Of a stretch of DNA of 64,000 bases, positions 15,159 through 28,608 are shown piece after piece. This DNA is from the human T2T-CHM13v2.0 reference genome, Homo sapiens. The notes under the pieces were generated by a model, which saw only the letters and a list, made by a program, of their open reading frames with translations, was not told where the DNA came from and did not search any database. The number at the start of each line of letters is the position of its first letter. Position 1 is the stretch's first letter. Made by a program: the position numbers and the translations under genes. The DNA is taken from assembly GCF_009914755.1 (NCBI RefSeq), contig NC_060931.1; one strand, 5' to 3'.

Positions 15159-15296
15159 CTGGAAGTTCTTCATAAATTTCATCATCTATTGGTTGACTGC
15201 TTGTTAGTGGATTGCTTATTGGTAGAGGATGATCAACATCATCATATAATTCTCCTCTCTCATCATAATCCTCAGGAATAATATCAGATTCCATAT
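15159..15296 (-). CDS. SKAP2: SKAP2 coding exon (probably exon 9), acidic linker with Tyr motifs
   Basis: ttatag|ATATGG...CTTCCAG|gtattt. 138 nt, phase 1-1. Encodes DMESDIIPEDYDERGELYDDVDHPLPISNPLTSSQPIDDEIYEELP. Confidence 0.97.
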
Positions 15297-15653
15297 CTAT
15301 AAAACACATTTCATGAAGTAAATTTTAAAAGAATGCAGAAGATATTTTTAAAACTATACTTTATAAATAAATGCAGCCCTACAAAGCAACAACAATATTG
15401 TTATATGTTATGTCCTTAACTAAAAACATGTTTAAAAATTGTTTTGTAAATATGTGAATTTTAAAGTAAGCCAATTGGTACTTATAGAAAAGATGCTGTT
15501 TAAAATCTGAAGTGAGTGGTCTGTATTAATAACAGTCACATTCAAGTTGGTCATTCTCACAGAAGTCAATAAGCTTTTGTATATGAAAACCCAAACTACT
15601 CTGTTATTTAGTATTTAAAGACTGTGATAACTTGTTCGATTGATTTATCTTAC

Positions 15654-15717
15654 CTTGCAATACAAATTTCAGCTGCTGTACCCATTCTTCAGCATCTTTG
15701 GGAGAAGCTGCTGTAAA
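15654..15717 (-). CDS. SKAP2: SKAP2 coding exon (probably exon 8), PH domain C-terminal helix
   Basis: atttag|TTTACA...TTGCAAG|gtaaga. 64 nt, phase 0-1. Encodes FTAASPKDAEEWVQQLKFVLQ with the conserved PH tryptophan; not in the ORF track. Confidence 0.96.
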
Positions 15718-16612
15718 CTAATATAAAACAAACAGTAAGAACGAAAATCACCATAGTAGGAATGAAAGGTATGTTGTATTCTTACCATTTCTTTAAGACT
15801 ATTAGTAATTCTTTTCATGTCTAGTGGAACTTTTCTTGCAAGGATGCTTCTTATAATGTACAGTTAATTTTGACAAATTTATGCAATTGAAGCAGAGGAT
15901 GATGAATTTCAAACGCTGATCAGCAGCTGGCAGCTGTGCAGGAAAAAAAGCTGCTTCTCTTTCATCAATGTCAAAGACAGAACTGATGAACAAAATTTGC
16001 CCTTGACAATTAGAAGACACCCATGAATTTCTTTAGACTGCTGCACACAGTTTTCTTAAAAATGTTCTTGTCAGATTCCAACACACTACCTGACAACTTA
16101 ATTAACTGGCTTTCAACTGCAATCTCAGATATTTAAAACTTATTAAACATACATTCCATATTGATGCCTAGCTGATAGCTATTGAATTGCAGAGCTGATG
16201 TGTACTTTTACCTTCATTTTCTCCCACACTCCTAAGCAATACAATATGTATTATCACTCTGATATTTTTGTTTTAATAATTTTACTCTTTCTGCTATGTA
16301 ATTCTTTTGGAAGATCACCTAGTGCTATGCAACATGTGATCACCTATGTTCTATGCAACATGTGTGCAACATGTGAAGTAATTGATAAATTATATATTCT
16401 CTTTATCTTTTTCAAGAAGATAGTGTGTGAATTAATCTGAAATTTTTAAAAATTTCCTCTTATATGAATGTTCAATGCATAATATATTTAAACATCAGTA
16501 TTTTTATTATTGTTAACATGTCAAGGAAAGTATTAATCAAATGTTAATGTCTCTATAAATGAAATCAAAACATTTTATCAACTTAATTTCAAGGCAACAT
16601 AAAAACTACAAC

Positions 16613-16737
16613 CTGATATATACGTTTATCAGGAGCAGAGATTTCAAAACAGCAATCTTTCTTTCCATCCTTTCTTAGAGTGTTATTCATTCTGACACTG
16701 TAGCCATCTATTGCAAATTCACCTTTCTGTTGTTTGT
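16613..16737 (-). CDS. SKAP2: SKAP2 coding exon (probably exon 7), PH domain
   Basis: caacag|ACAAAC...TATCAG|gttgta. 125 nt, phase 1-0. Manual translation DKQQKGEFAIDGYSVRMNNTLRKDGKKDCCFEISAPDKRIYQ; not in the ORF track. Confidence 0.96.
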
Positions 16738-17969
16738 CTGTTGAAGATAAAACCAGTTAGAATTTCATTTACTAAGTATTAATGCTCAATTATCTTTTAT
16801 GTAAAATTTCTTCATCAATTCTTGGAAATAACATTTTTTGGTCATATTGCTTTAGTAATATAATGCTTAGGTAATGTTTTTAGAAATCATTTTTAATTCT
16901 GAAACATGGAAGTATTAGGGATGATTGGACTTACAAGGAGGTCTGCAGATCATGGTCTTATTCGGAAGGAAGTATGGAAACATGACACTCTAGGGTAGGG
17001 AAAATTCAGGAACTAGAACATAGAACTTGCTAGACAAACCCACCACAAACCTTTGGCTCTTTCAGATTTAGTAGGCCAGTGGGAAGATCTGTCCAGCTGA
17101 AAACTTGTCGGGCTTTATCTACTGTTATCTCCTTTCACCTATCCCTCCCCAGCACCACCACCAAAAAGAAGCTTCTAAAACAAAAGTTTTCTTTAAAAAA
17201 GGTCTCCTAACTTGGTACAAATTTATCTCTAACCTTACAAAGCAAACCAAAACTAAACTAAACTACTCATGACGAAAAAGATGTGAAGGAAAAAAAAACT
17301 ATGTGGATAAAGAAGAGTGGTAAAGCAAGTACAGAAGCATTAGTTACCAAAAATAGAGGGAAAGTTTCTTATCCAGTCAGTGAACAGTTAAACTAGTAAA
17401 GCACATTTGAATCTCACATGATAAAGAGGCAAAAGATGATTACAGCTTTGGTCAGATATTATTTTAAAGACAAGTAAAGTGCGAATATAACAAAGGACTT
17501 AATATTCTGAAACTGAAAATAAAATTAGTCAACCTTCCTACCTCACCCAGTTACACCATTTTGATAGAAAAACTATACAGCTATAGGTTTATTTCCTAGA
17601 TTAACAAACAATATTAAAACCATGAGTAGGGACAAACTCTTTTACTGAGCTCGGGGCAAATACAGAAATGCTTTCGTGTTGTGGGGTGTGCTTTCTCAGT
17701 TCAGTGTACCAATAAAAGATACATCTCCTTTTCTTAAATACACAAGTTAAATGCCTAAAGTAACTAACATATGTTAGGTCATAGAGATTATATCTTGTTC
17801 AAAATATCAAATGAGAAAAAAAATCTCAGTTCCTGGGAAACTCTAATCACATTTAGTCATAATTTACATCTCTCTGAATGTCTAAAGAAACAATCAAAGT
17901 TTATTTCATGAAAAAATTCTACAATAAACTCTATGTTTTTCACAAAAACGATACAGTACTTTAAAGATT

Positions 17970-18230
17970 AGAGAAGCATTTCCCAAAGATATTAATAGGT
18001 TTCTGTGATCAAATCAATTTGGGAAACGTTTTGCCGAATTAAACAAGAGTTAAGCAGTTTTGTTAGTTCAGGCCTTCTTGGAGCCCTTAGTACATTTACA
18101 TAGTAATTAAACTTCTATAAGAAAAATTTAGTATGCAGCATTTCCAAAAATTATTTGTCCGCGGAATCATTTTTCACAGAATATTTTATGGTACTCCCAG
18201 GATATATTTCGTAAGACACCTAACTAGGAA
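17970..18230. mobile_element. Probable hAT-Charlie DNA transposon relic
   Basis: gcatttcccaaa / tttgggaaac / cagcatttccaaa motifs. Family uncertain. Confidence 0.4.
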
Positions 18231-20854
18231 ACTATTGGGAAAAAAGTATTAAAATGATAAATGGTTAAGCATGGTTGGTTCTTGTAAATTCTCAAAAAAA
18301 GACTAAATCATTCACTCACTCATTTGACAAATTGATACCAAGCACTTAAAACCAGCACGCAGCATTATAGGTTTGCCGAGATAAAAGCTAGAACACCTTA
18401 TCAGATCTTTCGCGCCACCTTCCCAATGATCTACTAAATTGCAAAAGGAACTTAATGTTCACTACGAAAAGTGGAAGTAATGTGAGGCAAAATATCAAAG
18501 CCATATTGGACAATTTTGAGAGAGTTCCTTAAACTCTCCAGAAGAAAGAGAAATTTCAGGGACCAGATTTAGAGGAAAGCTGCTCCCTTGCTGTGCAAGG
18601 GTTCAATCGCTCCACTCACCAGGTCCATCTGACCTAAAACCTATGCCTTCTACCTCCAATTTCGGTCTAAAATTCTCATCAATGTAACTTGAATGCAGGT
18701 GGAAATGCATGAGGAGTGGGAGTCTACACCTGGAGATATAAAATCAGCACTATAAAGATTTAGTTTGGAAGAGCTGAGGGGAACAGATCTTTCTGGGCCA
18801 GATTATCTAATAATCTAGAAATAAGACAATTAGGCAGCAAAATTAGGCAACCCCAACTCAGACTAGCAGATTCATTTTAGCCAAACCCCCTAGAAATATG
18901 CTATGGGGCTATGTATCAGAACTTCTGATACAGTCCAAGAGGAGGACAGTATCAGCCTCTACTGAGATGAACCAGAGAGAAGCCACAAATCCAATTTATA
19001 GGTAAGCATCTCAGATTTCATAGACATGTACTTGTTCGAGGATAAGAAAAGAGGAACAGCAAATACAGATGCCATAAAAATATTATGTAAAACAGAAACA
19101 TAACATAGCACTTGAGAAGTAGAAAGCACAAGCGAAGTAGGAGAAATGAAGGTAAACTTTAGCCAACTGCTTTGCATATTTTATAAAAGTAAACAGATTC
19201 TGAAAGAGATGAAAGATGAAACAATGTAATATAAAATAAAAAGAGGAAAGGCTGAGACAAGTAGAAATTAAAATGAAACTGGCAAAATAAGGAACAAATA
19301 TGCTGTATAAGGAAGTGGAAAATGCAGCAGCAAAACAAATGATGTATTAGAAGTGATAAAAAGTAGAACTAACATTGTGGAAAATCAGATCAGATATACC
19401 TTGAAAAGCTCACTCAGCAGATAGAAAATAAGAATAAGGGGATGGGGAAGGGACAAAAGGGAGTATGATAAATATGGAGGGCTGACAAAAATACAACATA
19501 AGAAAAATGGGTTTTCTGGAAGAAGAGTAATAAATAAATGCCAATAACCAAAGACATAATATAGCAAAAGAAAACTTCATTCCATCAAAGAAAGACCTAA
19601 CTTTGCAGAACAAAATGTGCTGTTGTTTAACCAAGTAAAAATAATAAAAAGAAACTAATATCTAGACCTATCCAACTGATTGTTTGTATTTGAGGATAAA
19701 CAATTATATAAACATCCAAGTCGGGTAGGGATATGGGCCCAGAAAGGTTGAACAGAGGAAACTCACAACTCTTTCTAATAGCTTTTGCAGAACCATAACC
19801 ATGAAGTAGCCATGTCTCCAATTAGCCAATACAGGACAGGAAGTTCAAGACGTGAAATGGGCAGACATGGCTATAAGACAACACTGTTCTCCTCCTTTCA
19901 CATTAGTTTCTCTTCTGGAGAGAGAAACTTCACCATTATGTGGTAAGTCATAAGAATTTACATATAGATTAGTTCCACAATTGCTTTTTGGGATAGTTTC
20001 AAGGATACCTGTTAACAAAATTATCAAAAATAGTAAAATGCCAATCAAATAGGAAATAAAGCTATAAAGTCCATTTACCCAGCACTGTGAAAGACTAATA
20101 TTTTATCTAGGTGAACTTCACAAATAGCAAAAGCTTATTCCTTTAAGTGCCAAAACTTTTAAAAATGTTAATCATTGTGATGGAAAGCTTTCTAAAATAT
20201 ATACTTGCCTAACTTCTCAAACAAATCTTTTAAACATAACATTTTTTTCTTAACATAGTATCATTTTGAGTATTAGTTTTTATAACACATTGATGCCTTC
20301 AGAATTTTTGAGGTGTTTGTTCCTCTATTACATTTCTCTCAGCTTCTGTTTCACACTTTAACCTAACCTCTATCATGCTGTTTGAATGTAATGTCTACAG
20401 AACTGAAGGCTGCCAGGAAAAACTAGATAATGAAATCTATTATATCAGTAACTTAATTTTACACAATCCTAATTCAGCAGGTTCAAGGTAAAAAGCAGTT
20501 GGCTCCGATTTCCTACAAAACAAAATGCATAAGGCTAATAAGAGCAATTTCCTTCTACTTTTTCACTGGCTTTTAGGTTTACAGCTGTGTTCTGGGGGTT
20601 TTTTAAGCTGTCAAAAAGACAACTCACATTTACTGAGCTTCTACATGTCAAGAACTTAATAGAACATATCTCATATACACCTGGTAATAATTCTAAGCAA
20701 TAGAGGAGACATATTATATTCCCAGCACTGATGGGAAAACAAACTTTAACCAATTTGCTCACGGTCACACAAATAGTAAACAGTAAAAGCCAGGACCCTA
20801 GGAAAGTCTGGTTCTAAAGCCTTGCTTTTTCAGCCATTTCACACTGTTTTCTAA

Positions 20855-21035
20855 AAAGGTGTTTCTCAAAGTATATTTTAAGAATCACCTATGTTAGAAT
20901 CAACTTGGACGCCTGTTAACACAGAATTGGCTACCACTCTGCACTTGCTATATAGGAATCTCTGTGGGTGAGTCTAGGAAACCAAATTTTTAGCAAGCAC
21001 CCCAGGTGATTTTGATACACACTACAACCACTGTC
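20855..21035. mobile_element. MER5-like hAT relic
   Basis: tttctcaaagt...agaatcacct...caagcaccccaggtgatttt...accactg. Confidence 0.6.
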
Positions 21036-21769
21036 CTCAATACAATGTGAAATATACAAAATCACGGTAGAGAAGATAAATGTTATTTTGCATTTCGTCC
21101 TACAACTTAGGTCAAACTTTCTCAGCTTTCTTTATGGGTTCCTCTACCTCTGCCTATCTCTTAAAAAGCTATGATGCGTTGTTCTAAGTCTTGCTCTCTT
21201 CTTACATTACACTCTCCCTGGGCAATCTCATCTAATTCCAAGAATTAAATTCCTATCAATATACTTGTGACTCATGATTCTCTACTTTTAGTTCATTTTC
21301 AAAACTGTTTATCCAAATCTTCATCTGCTCACTAAATATGTTTCATTTCTCAAATGTCCTATAGGCTCATTGAATAGAAAGTGCCCACAATGGAGATCAT
21401 CTTATCCCCACTCCCAACACTTGTGATGCCAACAACTGTGATATTTCTTGTTGTATCCCCCATCTCAATAAATGGCACCTCCATTAATTCAAGCTCCCAA
21501 ACCAGAAAACTGGGCACCATTTTTTATTTTGCCCTTACCTTCACCAACTGCCCCGACGTTACCCCCTACACTCCAATGCCACCTACCAAAATCTAAACAG
21601 ACCTTCTATTTTTCTGGCAAATATACTTGTTTTTTCTCTTCTTCATTGGCTCTCAGAAAAATATGCTTAAAACACCAACCACTCTCATACCATTTTAAAT
21701 ACAGCATAAATATTGCAACCAAATAATTCCAAATCCTTTAGCATCCCTACAAGTTATGGACATTTATTA

Positions 21770-22245
21770 TTTGGGGCTCCCCAGCATCCATGCATCTTTC
21801 CTATTTTAATTCCAAGATTGTCAGGGATAGGGCTTAGTTTTCCATCACAGAAGCTGGAGAGAGATGGATTTTCCCTGTTCCAACTTAATCAAAGTGGATG
21901 CTCCAGACTGGAACCTAAATCTCCAGTAAGTAACAAAAGGATCAAGAGAGGGTTCAGAATCCATTCTGGTGGCAATGGCACTCACTGATTGATGGCAGTG
22001 CACAGTGGCAACATCACATGTCCTGGCTTGGCAAGGCCCAAGCCAGCAGTGTGTCCCAATAAGATTTTTCATGGATTATGCTCAAGATCCAGCCCCCTTA
22101 CCTACCTTAGTTCTTGCTTGCTTGCTGAGCCTGTGTGTAGCATTCTTAGCAATTCTGAGAGCTGATATTTTCCTAATAATTTCCCTTTCTGCATAAACAA
22201 AGTTGGTTTCCGATGCTTATACCAAGAACACTAACTTGGCACAAA
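21770..22245 (+). mobile_element. Old ERVL-type LTR (LTR16/LTR33-like)
   Basis: 3' end agttggtttccgatgcttataccaagaacactaac resembles ERVL LTR ends. Confidence 0.4.
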
Positions 22246-22732
22246 TGGCTAGCAAACAAAAATATGAAATGTGTTCAGCAATATCTACTACTTATATTTA
22301 AGAAGGCCTTTTCCCTTCAGTGAATAACTTACGTTATTTCCACAAGTATTAGTACTCATTAGTAGGGAAAAGAAAAATATGCCCATCAATACTAGACCTT
22401 GCCACTAAATTTTATCAAACTGACTAGCAAGATGTTCCAGCTCCTCAGTTAAAGATATATGAACATTCTCCTTTGGTTTATACAGCTTGCAGATGCCAAT
22501 GCTAAATCAGCCACTTGAAATATATCTCTGGGGTTTTGTGTAGAAGTGAGACTAGATATCAAACCAACAACATTCGTGGTCATCAGACCCTTAGTAAAAC
22601 TTAGTTTGTACCTGACTATTTCTGCATGTTGATGAAATCCTACTAAACATCAGATGTACATTTTAACTTCTATATACTGTTAGAGAGTCTCTTAGCCATA
22701 AAGGCAGAAAATAAAGGCATAGCTTTAATTTA

Positions 22733-22912
<180 letters not shown>

Positions 22913-24257
22913 TCAAAGACCCAAAAGTCTATAAAATTGTAATAATTTCTGATAAAAGTAGAATTAATGGTTCCTATTTCTTAAGGAATAAAGATATCCT
23001 TCACATACCAGATGGAAACAGAATTGCAATTTAAATTTTTTAAATATCAGAATTCACTTACACATTTAATATATATCATCTTGATATAATTATAAAATTA
23101 TATAATTACAATTATAAAATGACAGAATTTGTTTCTGTCAAATGAATCAGAAGAAAAAAGGTAAGCTTTTATGGCTTTCTATTAAGTTGTTGTTACAAAA
23201 CAACAGAACTTTTAATTATACAAATATAAGTACTGTCACTTTAACATATTCAAAACAATATTAAAAGAGAAATATGATGCTTTTTCAACATCAAAATATA
23301 TTTTATAATTTTCAAACTTCAAAGAGAACATATATGTCCTCTTTTTTTCCTATCAACGGTGAAGTTGTGGAGAAGGGGAGAGCAGGGAGGTAAATTTCAA
23401 TGAAAAATTTTATTTCTCTGCCAAGTTCTGAAATTTTGTTATCTTAAATTCTCCATATTAAGCCCAATTTTCTACTGACTTTTATTATATATTGAAAAGA
23501 TATTACAATGAAAAAATTAAAACCATATGATGTAAGAAATAACCTTTGAATGACTTTGTAGATCAGGGCTACTTGTAGCTCCCATTTACTAGACGGTGCT
23601 AGTGTATTCTTTAATCAGGTTTCAGCAAAAGCCCTGAGAGGAGGTACTAAGAACTGACAATCCCCTCCTTAAAAATGGGGAGAGACTAGGTTCATATCAT
23701 AATGTTGATTCAAGATCATATAGAAGATAAACAGAAAAAAGGGAAAAAACACACAATAGTTTAGAACAGGTTCCTAAATGGTCCACCACTTATGGGCACC
23801 TTGGAGGGGTTGGTAATAATCATCAAGTTGTAGAAAAAGCATAACTTTGGAGGCAGAGAGATCTGCATTAAATCCTCGCTCTGCCTCTCAACAGCCCTGT
23901 GTTGACCTCTCTTGTTTAGACTACTTCGAAGTCCTGCTAAATGGTCCTGTTGACCCAGACTCTATCCATCCCAATCCATTCTCCATCATCCTATTACAAT
24001 TACTTCCTAAAAACCAAATCTGGTCATACAATCCTCTGCTTAAAGGTCATATTCAAAATAAAATCTTTAGCAAGGCCCTTATTCTCAGAAGGTTCTTACC
24101 AACCTGGTCTAATCCACTTATTTAGCCTTACGTGCTCCCTCCCCTCACTCATTCTAAGCTCCAGCCTTCATTCCATTTTTGATCCCATCCACAGTCTTTC
24201 ACAACTCAGAATCTCTGCTATTCCCTTACCTGGAAAGCCCATTTTACCCTTCTTCCC

Positions 24258-24648
24258 TGTCTTAGTCTGTTTATGCTGCTATAATACCCAAAACTGGGAA
24301 ATTTATAAACAATAGAAATTTATTTCTCACAGTTCTGGGAGCTGGGAAGTCCAAGATCAAGGCACCAGCAGGGTCAGTGCCTAGTGAGGGCTGCTCTCTG
24401 CTTCAAGATGCCACCTTGTTGCTGCATCCCCCAGAAAAGTTGAATGCTGTACCGTCACATGGCGGAAAGGCAAGAGAGGGGTTCCACAGCTCTCTCTAGC
24501 CTTTTTTATAGAGACATATCCCATTCTTGAGGGTAAAGCCCTCATGCCTTAATCACCTCCCAAAAGCCCCAGCTCTTAATACAATATCCTTGGGAGTTAA
24601 TTTCCAACATATGAATTTTGGAGGTACACATACATTCACACCATAGCA
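24258..24648 (-). mobile_element. MST/MLT1A-type MaLR solo LTR nested in L2
   Basis: tgtcttagtctg...accatagca. L2-like sequence on both sides, ending in (GAAT)n near 24975-24990. Confidence 0.8.
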
Positions 24649-25813
24649 TTCAACCAACAAACTCCTACTCATTCTTTCAGGCCCAATGAAGTGTTCTCTC
24701 CACCAGGACATCTTCCCTAACTTCCCTAGGCAATTAGTTTCCCTCCTTTGTGATCCAAAGATACCTTATTTAAATTACTTACTGTACTGCATTGAAATGG
24801 TCAGTTTACCTGCCCAGCTCCCTCCTCCAACCCCACAGCATCCTTCCCTCTCTCACTGATATCCACAAAACCCAAACTGTGAGCACCTCTAAGGATCTTT
24901 GGATCCTCAGTGCCTACTAGCTAACAAGTGCCTGAAAAAATATTTATCAAATTTAGAAAAAGAATGAGTAAGTGAATGAATGAATGAATGACTTGAAGGA
25001 CATCTGAACATCTAGGACCTAAGAATTTTGATGAATAAGACTCACGACAATCAAAGGAAAAGGAAGGATATGAAAGGATGGATAAGATTTCATAAGGTGT
25101 TAAAATACATACTATATGTATTTGTTACTTAAGGGTCCCAAATGGCTATAAATAATAAATACAGACAATATTTATTGGTACAATGGTAAGTGCATTATTT
25201 ACCCAACAGGTTGGAACTACTCTTTCTAAGCCACTCCTATCTTGATAGGTCAATATGTTTTTTGGCACACGCAATATGGTAGAAAATGTGAACTATGTAT
25301 CTGTCAAACAGTAACAAAGCACAGTTTAACCTAGTAAGTGGTGTCAACTCCTTCTGTGCCTCTATAATCCATTTATCTAAATCCTACTTAGTTGGAGGAT
25401 TATAGTTCTCATATAGCTAGATATGAGTTCTTCCCATTAGGTAAATGGTTCACACATACAGTAAACAAGGCTATAAAAAATCATATCTAATTTCACAAAA
25501 GAAAAAAATTATTTGACATATTTTCCTGGTAAGAAAAAGATATAAAGGAAGGAAATCGGGATCATGCCAAACAAGTAATTAAAAACTGTCTAAAGACAGA
25601 TCTTTTTTTGGAGTCCCTTAAAAGAGAGGAACTGGCTAAAAATTTCGAATGAAACCGCCAATAGAAAAAAGAACCACAAGAAACAAATCTAAAATTTCAC
25701 TGGAAACAGGAGGCTGCAAAGTAAAAGGGAAAAATTTCAGGAAACACAAGCCACATCTTCAGACATCAACATGAAAAAGGAATGCTAAAATGGTAATTTT
25801 TTTAAAGTGGAAG

Positions 25814-26446
25814 CGTCAGAGGCTTTTAAACCAGAGCAACTCCGTCTTGAATAGGGGCTGAGTAAAATAAGGCTTTGACCTATGGGGGCTGCATTCCCAG
25901 GAGGTTAGGCATTCTTAGTCACATGATGAGATAGGAGGTTGGCACAAGGTACAGATCACAAAGACCTTGCTGATAAAAGGATGCAGGAAAGCAACTGGCC
26001 AAAACCCACCAAAATCAAGATGGTGATGAAAATGACCTTTGGTTTTCCTCACTGCTCATTATATGCTAATTATAACGCATTAGCATGCTAAAAGACACTC
26101 CTACCAGTGCCATGATAGTTTACAAATGCCATGGCAACATCAGGAAGTTACCCTATATGGCTTAAAAAGGGGAGAAACCCTCAGTTCTGAGAATTGCCAA
26201 CCCCAGTTCAGGAAAACTCATGAATAATCCACTGCCTGTTTAGCATATAATCAAGAAGTAACAATAAGTGTAAGCAGCTGAGCAGCCTATGCTCTGCTTT
26301 GCCTATGGAGTAGTGATTCTTTTGTTTCTTTACTTTCTTAATAAACTTGCTTTCACTTCCCTCTACGGATTGGCCTCAAATTCTTTCTTGCATGAGATCC
26401 AAGAACCCTCTCCTGGGGTCTGGATCAAGACCCCCTTCCAGTAACA
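25814..26446 (+). mobile_element. MER41B (ERV1) solo LTR
   Basis: Starts (c)gtcagaggc...ccagagcaactcc and ends ggggtctggatc...ccagtaaca. About 630 bp; flanks gaag/gaaa. Confidence 0.88.
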
Positions 26447-26544
26447 GAAATGACAGAAAGGGCTAAATGGATCACAAAGTAGTTAAAATGCAAATTACAA
26501 ACAATGTTACTACCATTAGGTCTCATCAAATAAGAATAAAAATG

Positions 26545-26647
26545 AACTCAGGAATTCAAGATTGCAGTAAGCTATGATGGCACCACTGCACTCCAGCTTG
26601 GGTGACAGAGTGAGGCCCCCGCATCTCTAAAAAGAAAAAAAAAAAAA
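26545..26647 (+). mobile_element. Alu 3' fragment
   Basis: ccactgcactccagcttgggtgacagagtgag followed by an A tail. Confidence 0.75.
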
Positions 26648-27624
26648 GGAATGTAACTAATATCTAAATAACTCTAACTAAAATGTTTTCATTGAATATA
26701 TTAGTGTTTGAAGTAAATATTAACACGCTTTGGGTTTTGGGGAAACTCTTGCTAATCTTTGACCTAACCATTGTTATATGCCAGTCAGGACTAGAAATGG
26801 AGGAAACACTGACATTAGTATTCATTGATTCTTAAAGAAATTAGAAATGAGAAGCCTAATTGAATCAAAGTCACAAGGATCTGAAACCTCCCTCCCCTGG
26901 TCTGGTGAAAAAGAGGATATTTTGTGGAAGGTAGTATCTCGATCTAAATTCACAATATCATACAAAACTATATTTCTATGATCTATGATAATCGTAACTG
27001 AACTTGGACTCTAAATTTTCTGACCTACTTCACTACTGACCCTTAGCAGAAGAAAGATGCTTGTTTATAGCTGTTTACAGTTTACACTTCACTGATGCCA
27101 TTACTACATTTGAACATACTGTAAATTAGTGATGGAATGCAAACTAGCTACTAAATTAATTAATTTGTTAATCTCATTAGCCAAAAGGTAAGAACAACTT
27201 CCAGCATTATGTAAGTATTTCAGACTTATCTGAAATATGACAATCTTACCTGTATGTTTTTAGAATGGGGGAAAAAACTCTAAAAACTATAAATAATGTC
27301 AAATAAAACATAAATTTCCAAACAACACTGATAACAATTCCATAGGAAAGCTTACATTCAGTGATACTTTTGCCTTTTTCTTCTTAAAGTGTCCTTTCTG
27401 GAAATGAACATTATCTATTTTGATACAACCTTTACTTTATAATATTCAACTCCTAGCCTGTTTTCCCCAGAATAAAACAAAACTCAGAAAGCTTACAATC
27501 TTTAAATTTCATTATTTGGTGGCTTTATTTGTTCAAATAACAATCTTAAAATTATGTGAACTACAACTGAGAGATTTATTAATTAACAATGAAGTTATAA
27601 AATGTATCCTATTATTTCTAAATT

Positions 27625-28085
27625 AATGTAGTGACAATAGTGGTTGAGAACATGGACTCTAACCATATTCTCTAGGTTAAAATCCCAAATTTGAGCTGGG
27701 TACAGCGGTGTGCACCTGTAATCCCAGCTACCTGGGAGACTGAGACAGGAAGATCACTTGAGCCCAGGAGTTTGAGGCTGCAGGGTGTGATGACTACACC
27801 TGTGAACAGTCACAGCTCTCCAGCCTAGGCACCAAGACAAGACCCTGTTTCTAAAAACAAAGGAAAAACAAATTCCTAGATCTGCCATTTTCCAACTCTG
27901 TGACCTTGAACAAGTCACTTAACCTCTCTGTTCTCAGTTTTCCTAAAAGTCAAATTAATAGTGCTAATAATAGTACTTACAGAGTTGTTGTGAGCTAAAC
28001 AAGTTAACATAGCTAACGTACTTAGACAAAGTGCTTAGAACGGTGCCCAGTATATAGTAAATTCTATGTACACGTTTGCTGTTAT
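27625..28085 (+). mobile_element. MIR interrupted by an Alu monomer (about 27694-27870)
   Basis: MIR 5' part, FRAM/FAM-like monomer, then MIR core tgtgaccttgaacaagtcacttaacctctctg. Confidence 0.7.
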
Positions 28086-28524
28086 TCCTTAAATCTGTAA
28101 AGGGAGCTCAGAAAGGTGCTGTTCGTATTTAATTTTATCTAATTTTATTTTAAAATATTTAAGAAAAATAATCTATTTTCTGCCATTGAAACTCTCACAA
28201 CCCTATGTTCTTAACTTTTCCAGAAATTCTACAACAGTAGGCTGGATAATAAATATTCCCTAAGGTGAAAGGCCACACAGATTAAAGTTATTTTACTCTC
28301 TTTTCTAATTCAATACAACACAATTGTTTTAGCTCTGAGGGTATTCTGGTATTTGGAGCATTTGTCAAATAATGAAATGAATCATAAATTAGTCAGATTA
28401 TAATTGTTATAATTCTCAGTTATTATTAGTTTGTCTTCAGTTTACTCTGTACTCAAAAGAGGGGGAAGGGATGGCCAAAAATTCTTTTGCAATAGTAGTT
28501 GATATAATTGAACACCGACATTAC

Positions 28525-28608
28525 CTTTATCACTTCCATAATAATAGAATACCGTTTTACTGAGAGCACACCACCGTTTCTGCCATTCAAATCCCAGAAA
28601 GCTGTGAT
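28525..28608 (-). CDS. SKAP2: SKAP2 coding exon (probably exon 6), PH domain
   Basis: ttgcag|ATCAC...GATAAAG|gtaatg. 84 nt, phase 1-1. Encodes DHSFLGFEWQKRWCALSKTVFYYYGSDK. Confidence 0.97.

Noticed and set aside
24222-24240. ctttccag|gtaagg (minus strand) as a recursive splice site
   Set aside because: The pyrimidine tract is short, it lies within an L2 relic, and the intron is only about 12 kb.
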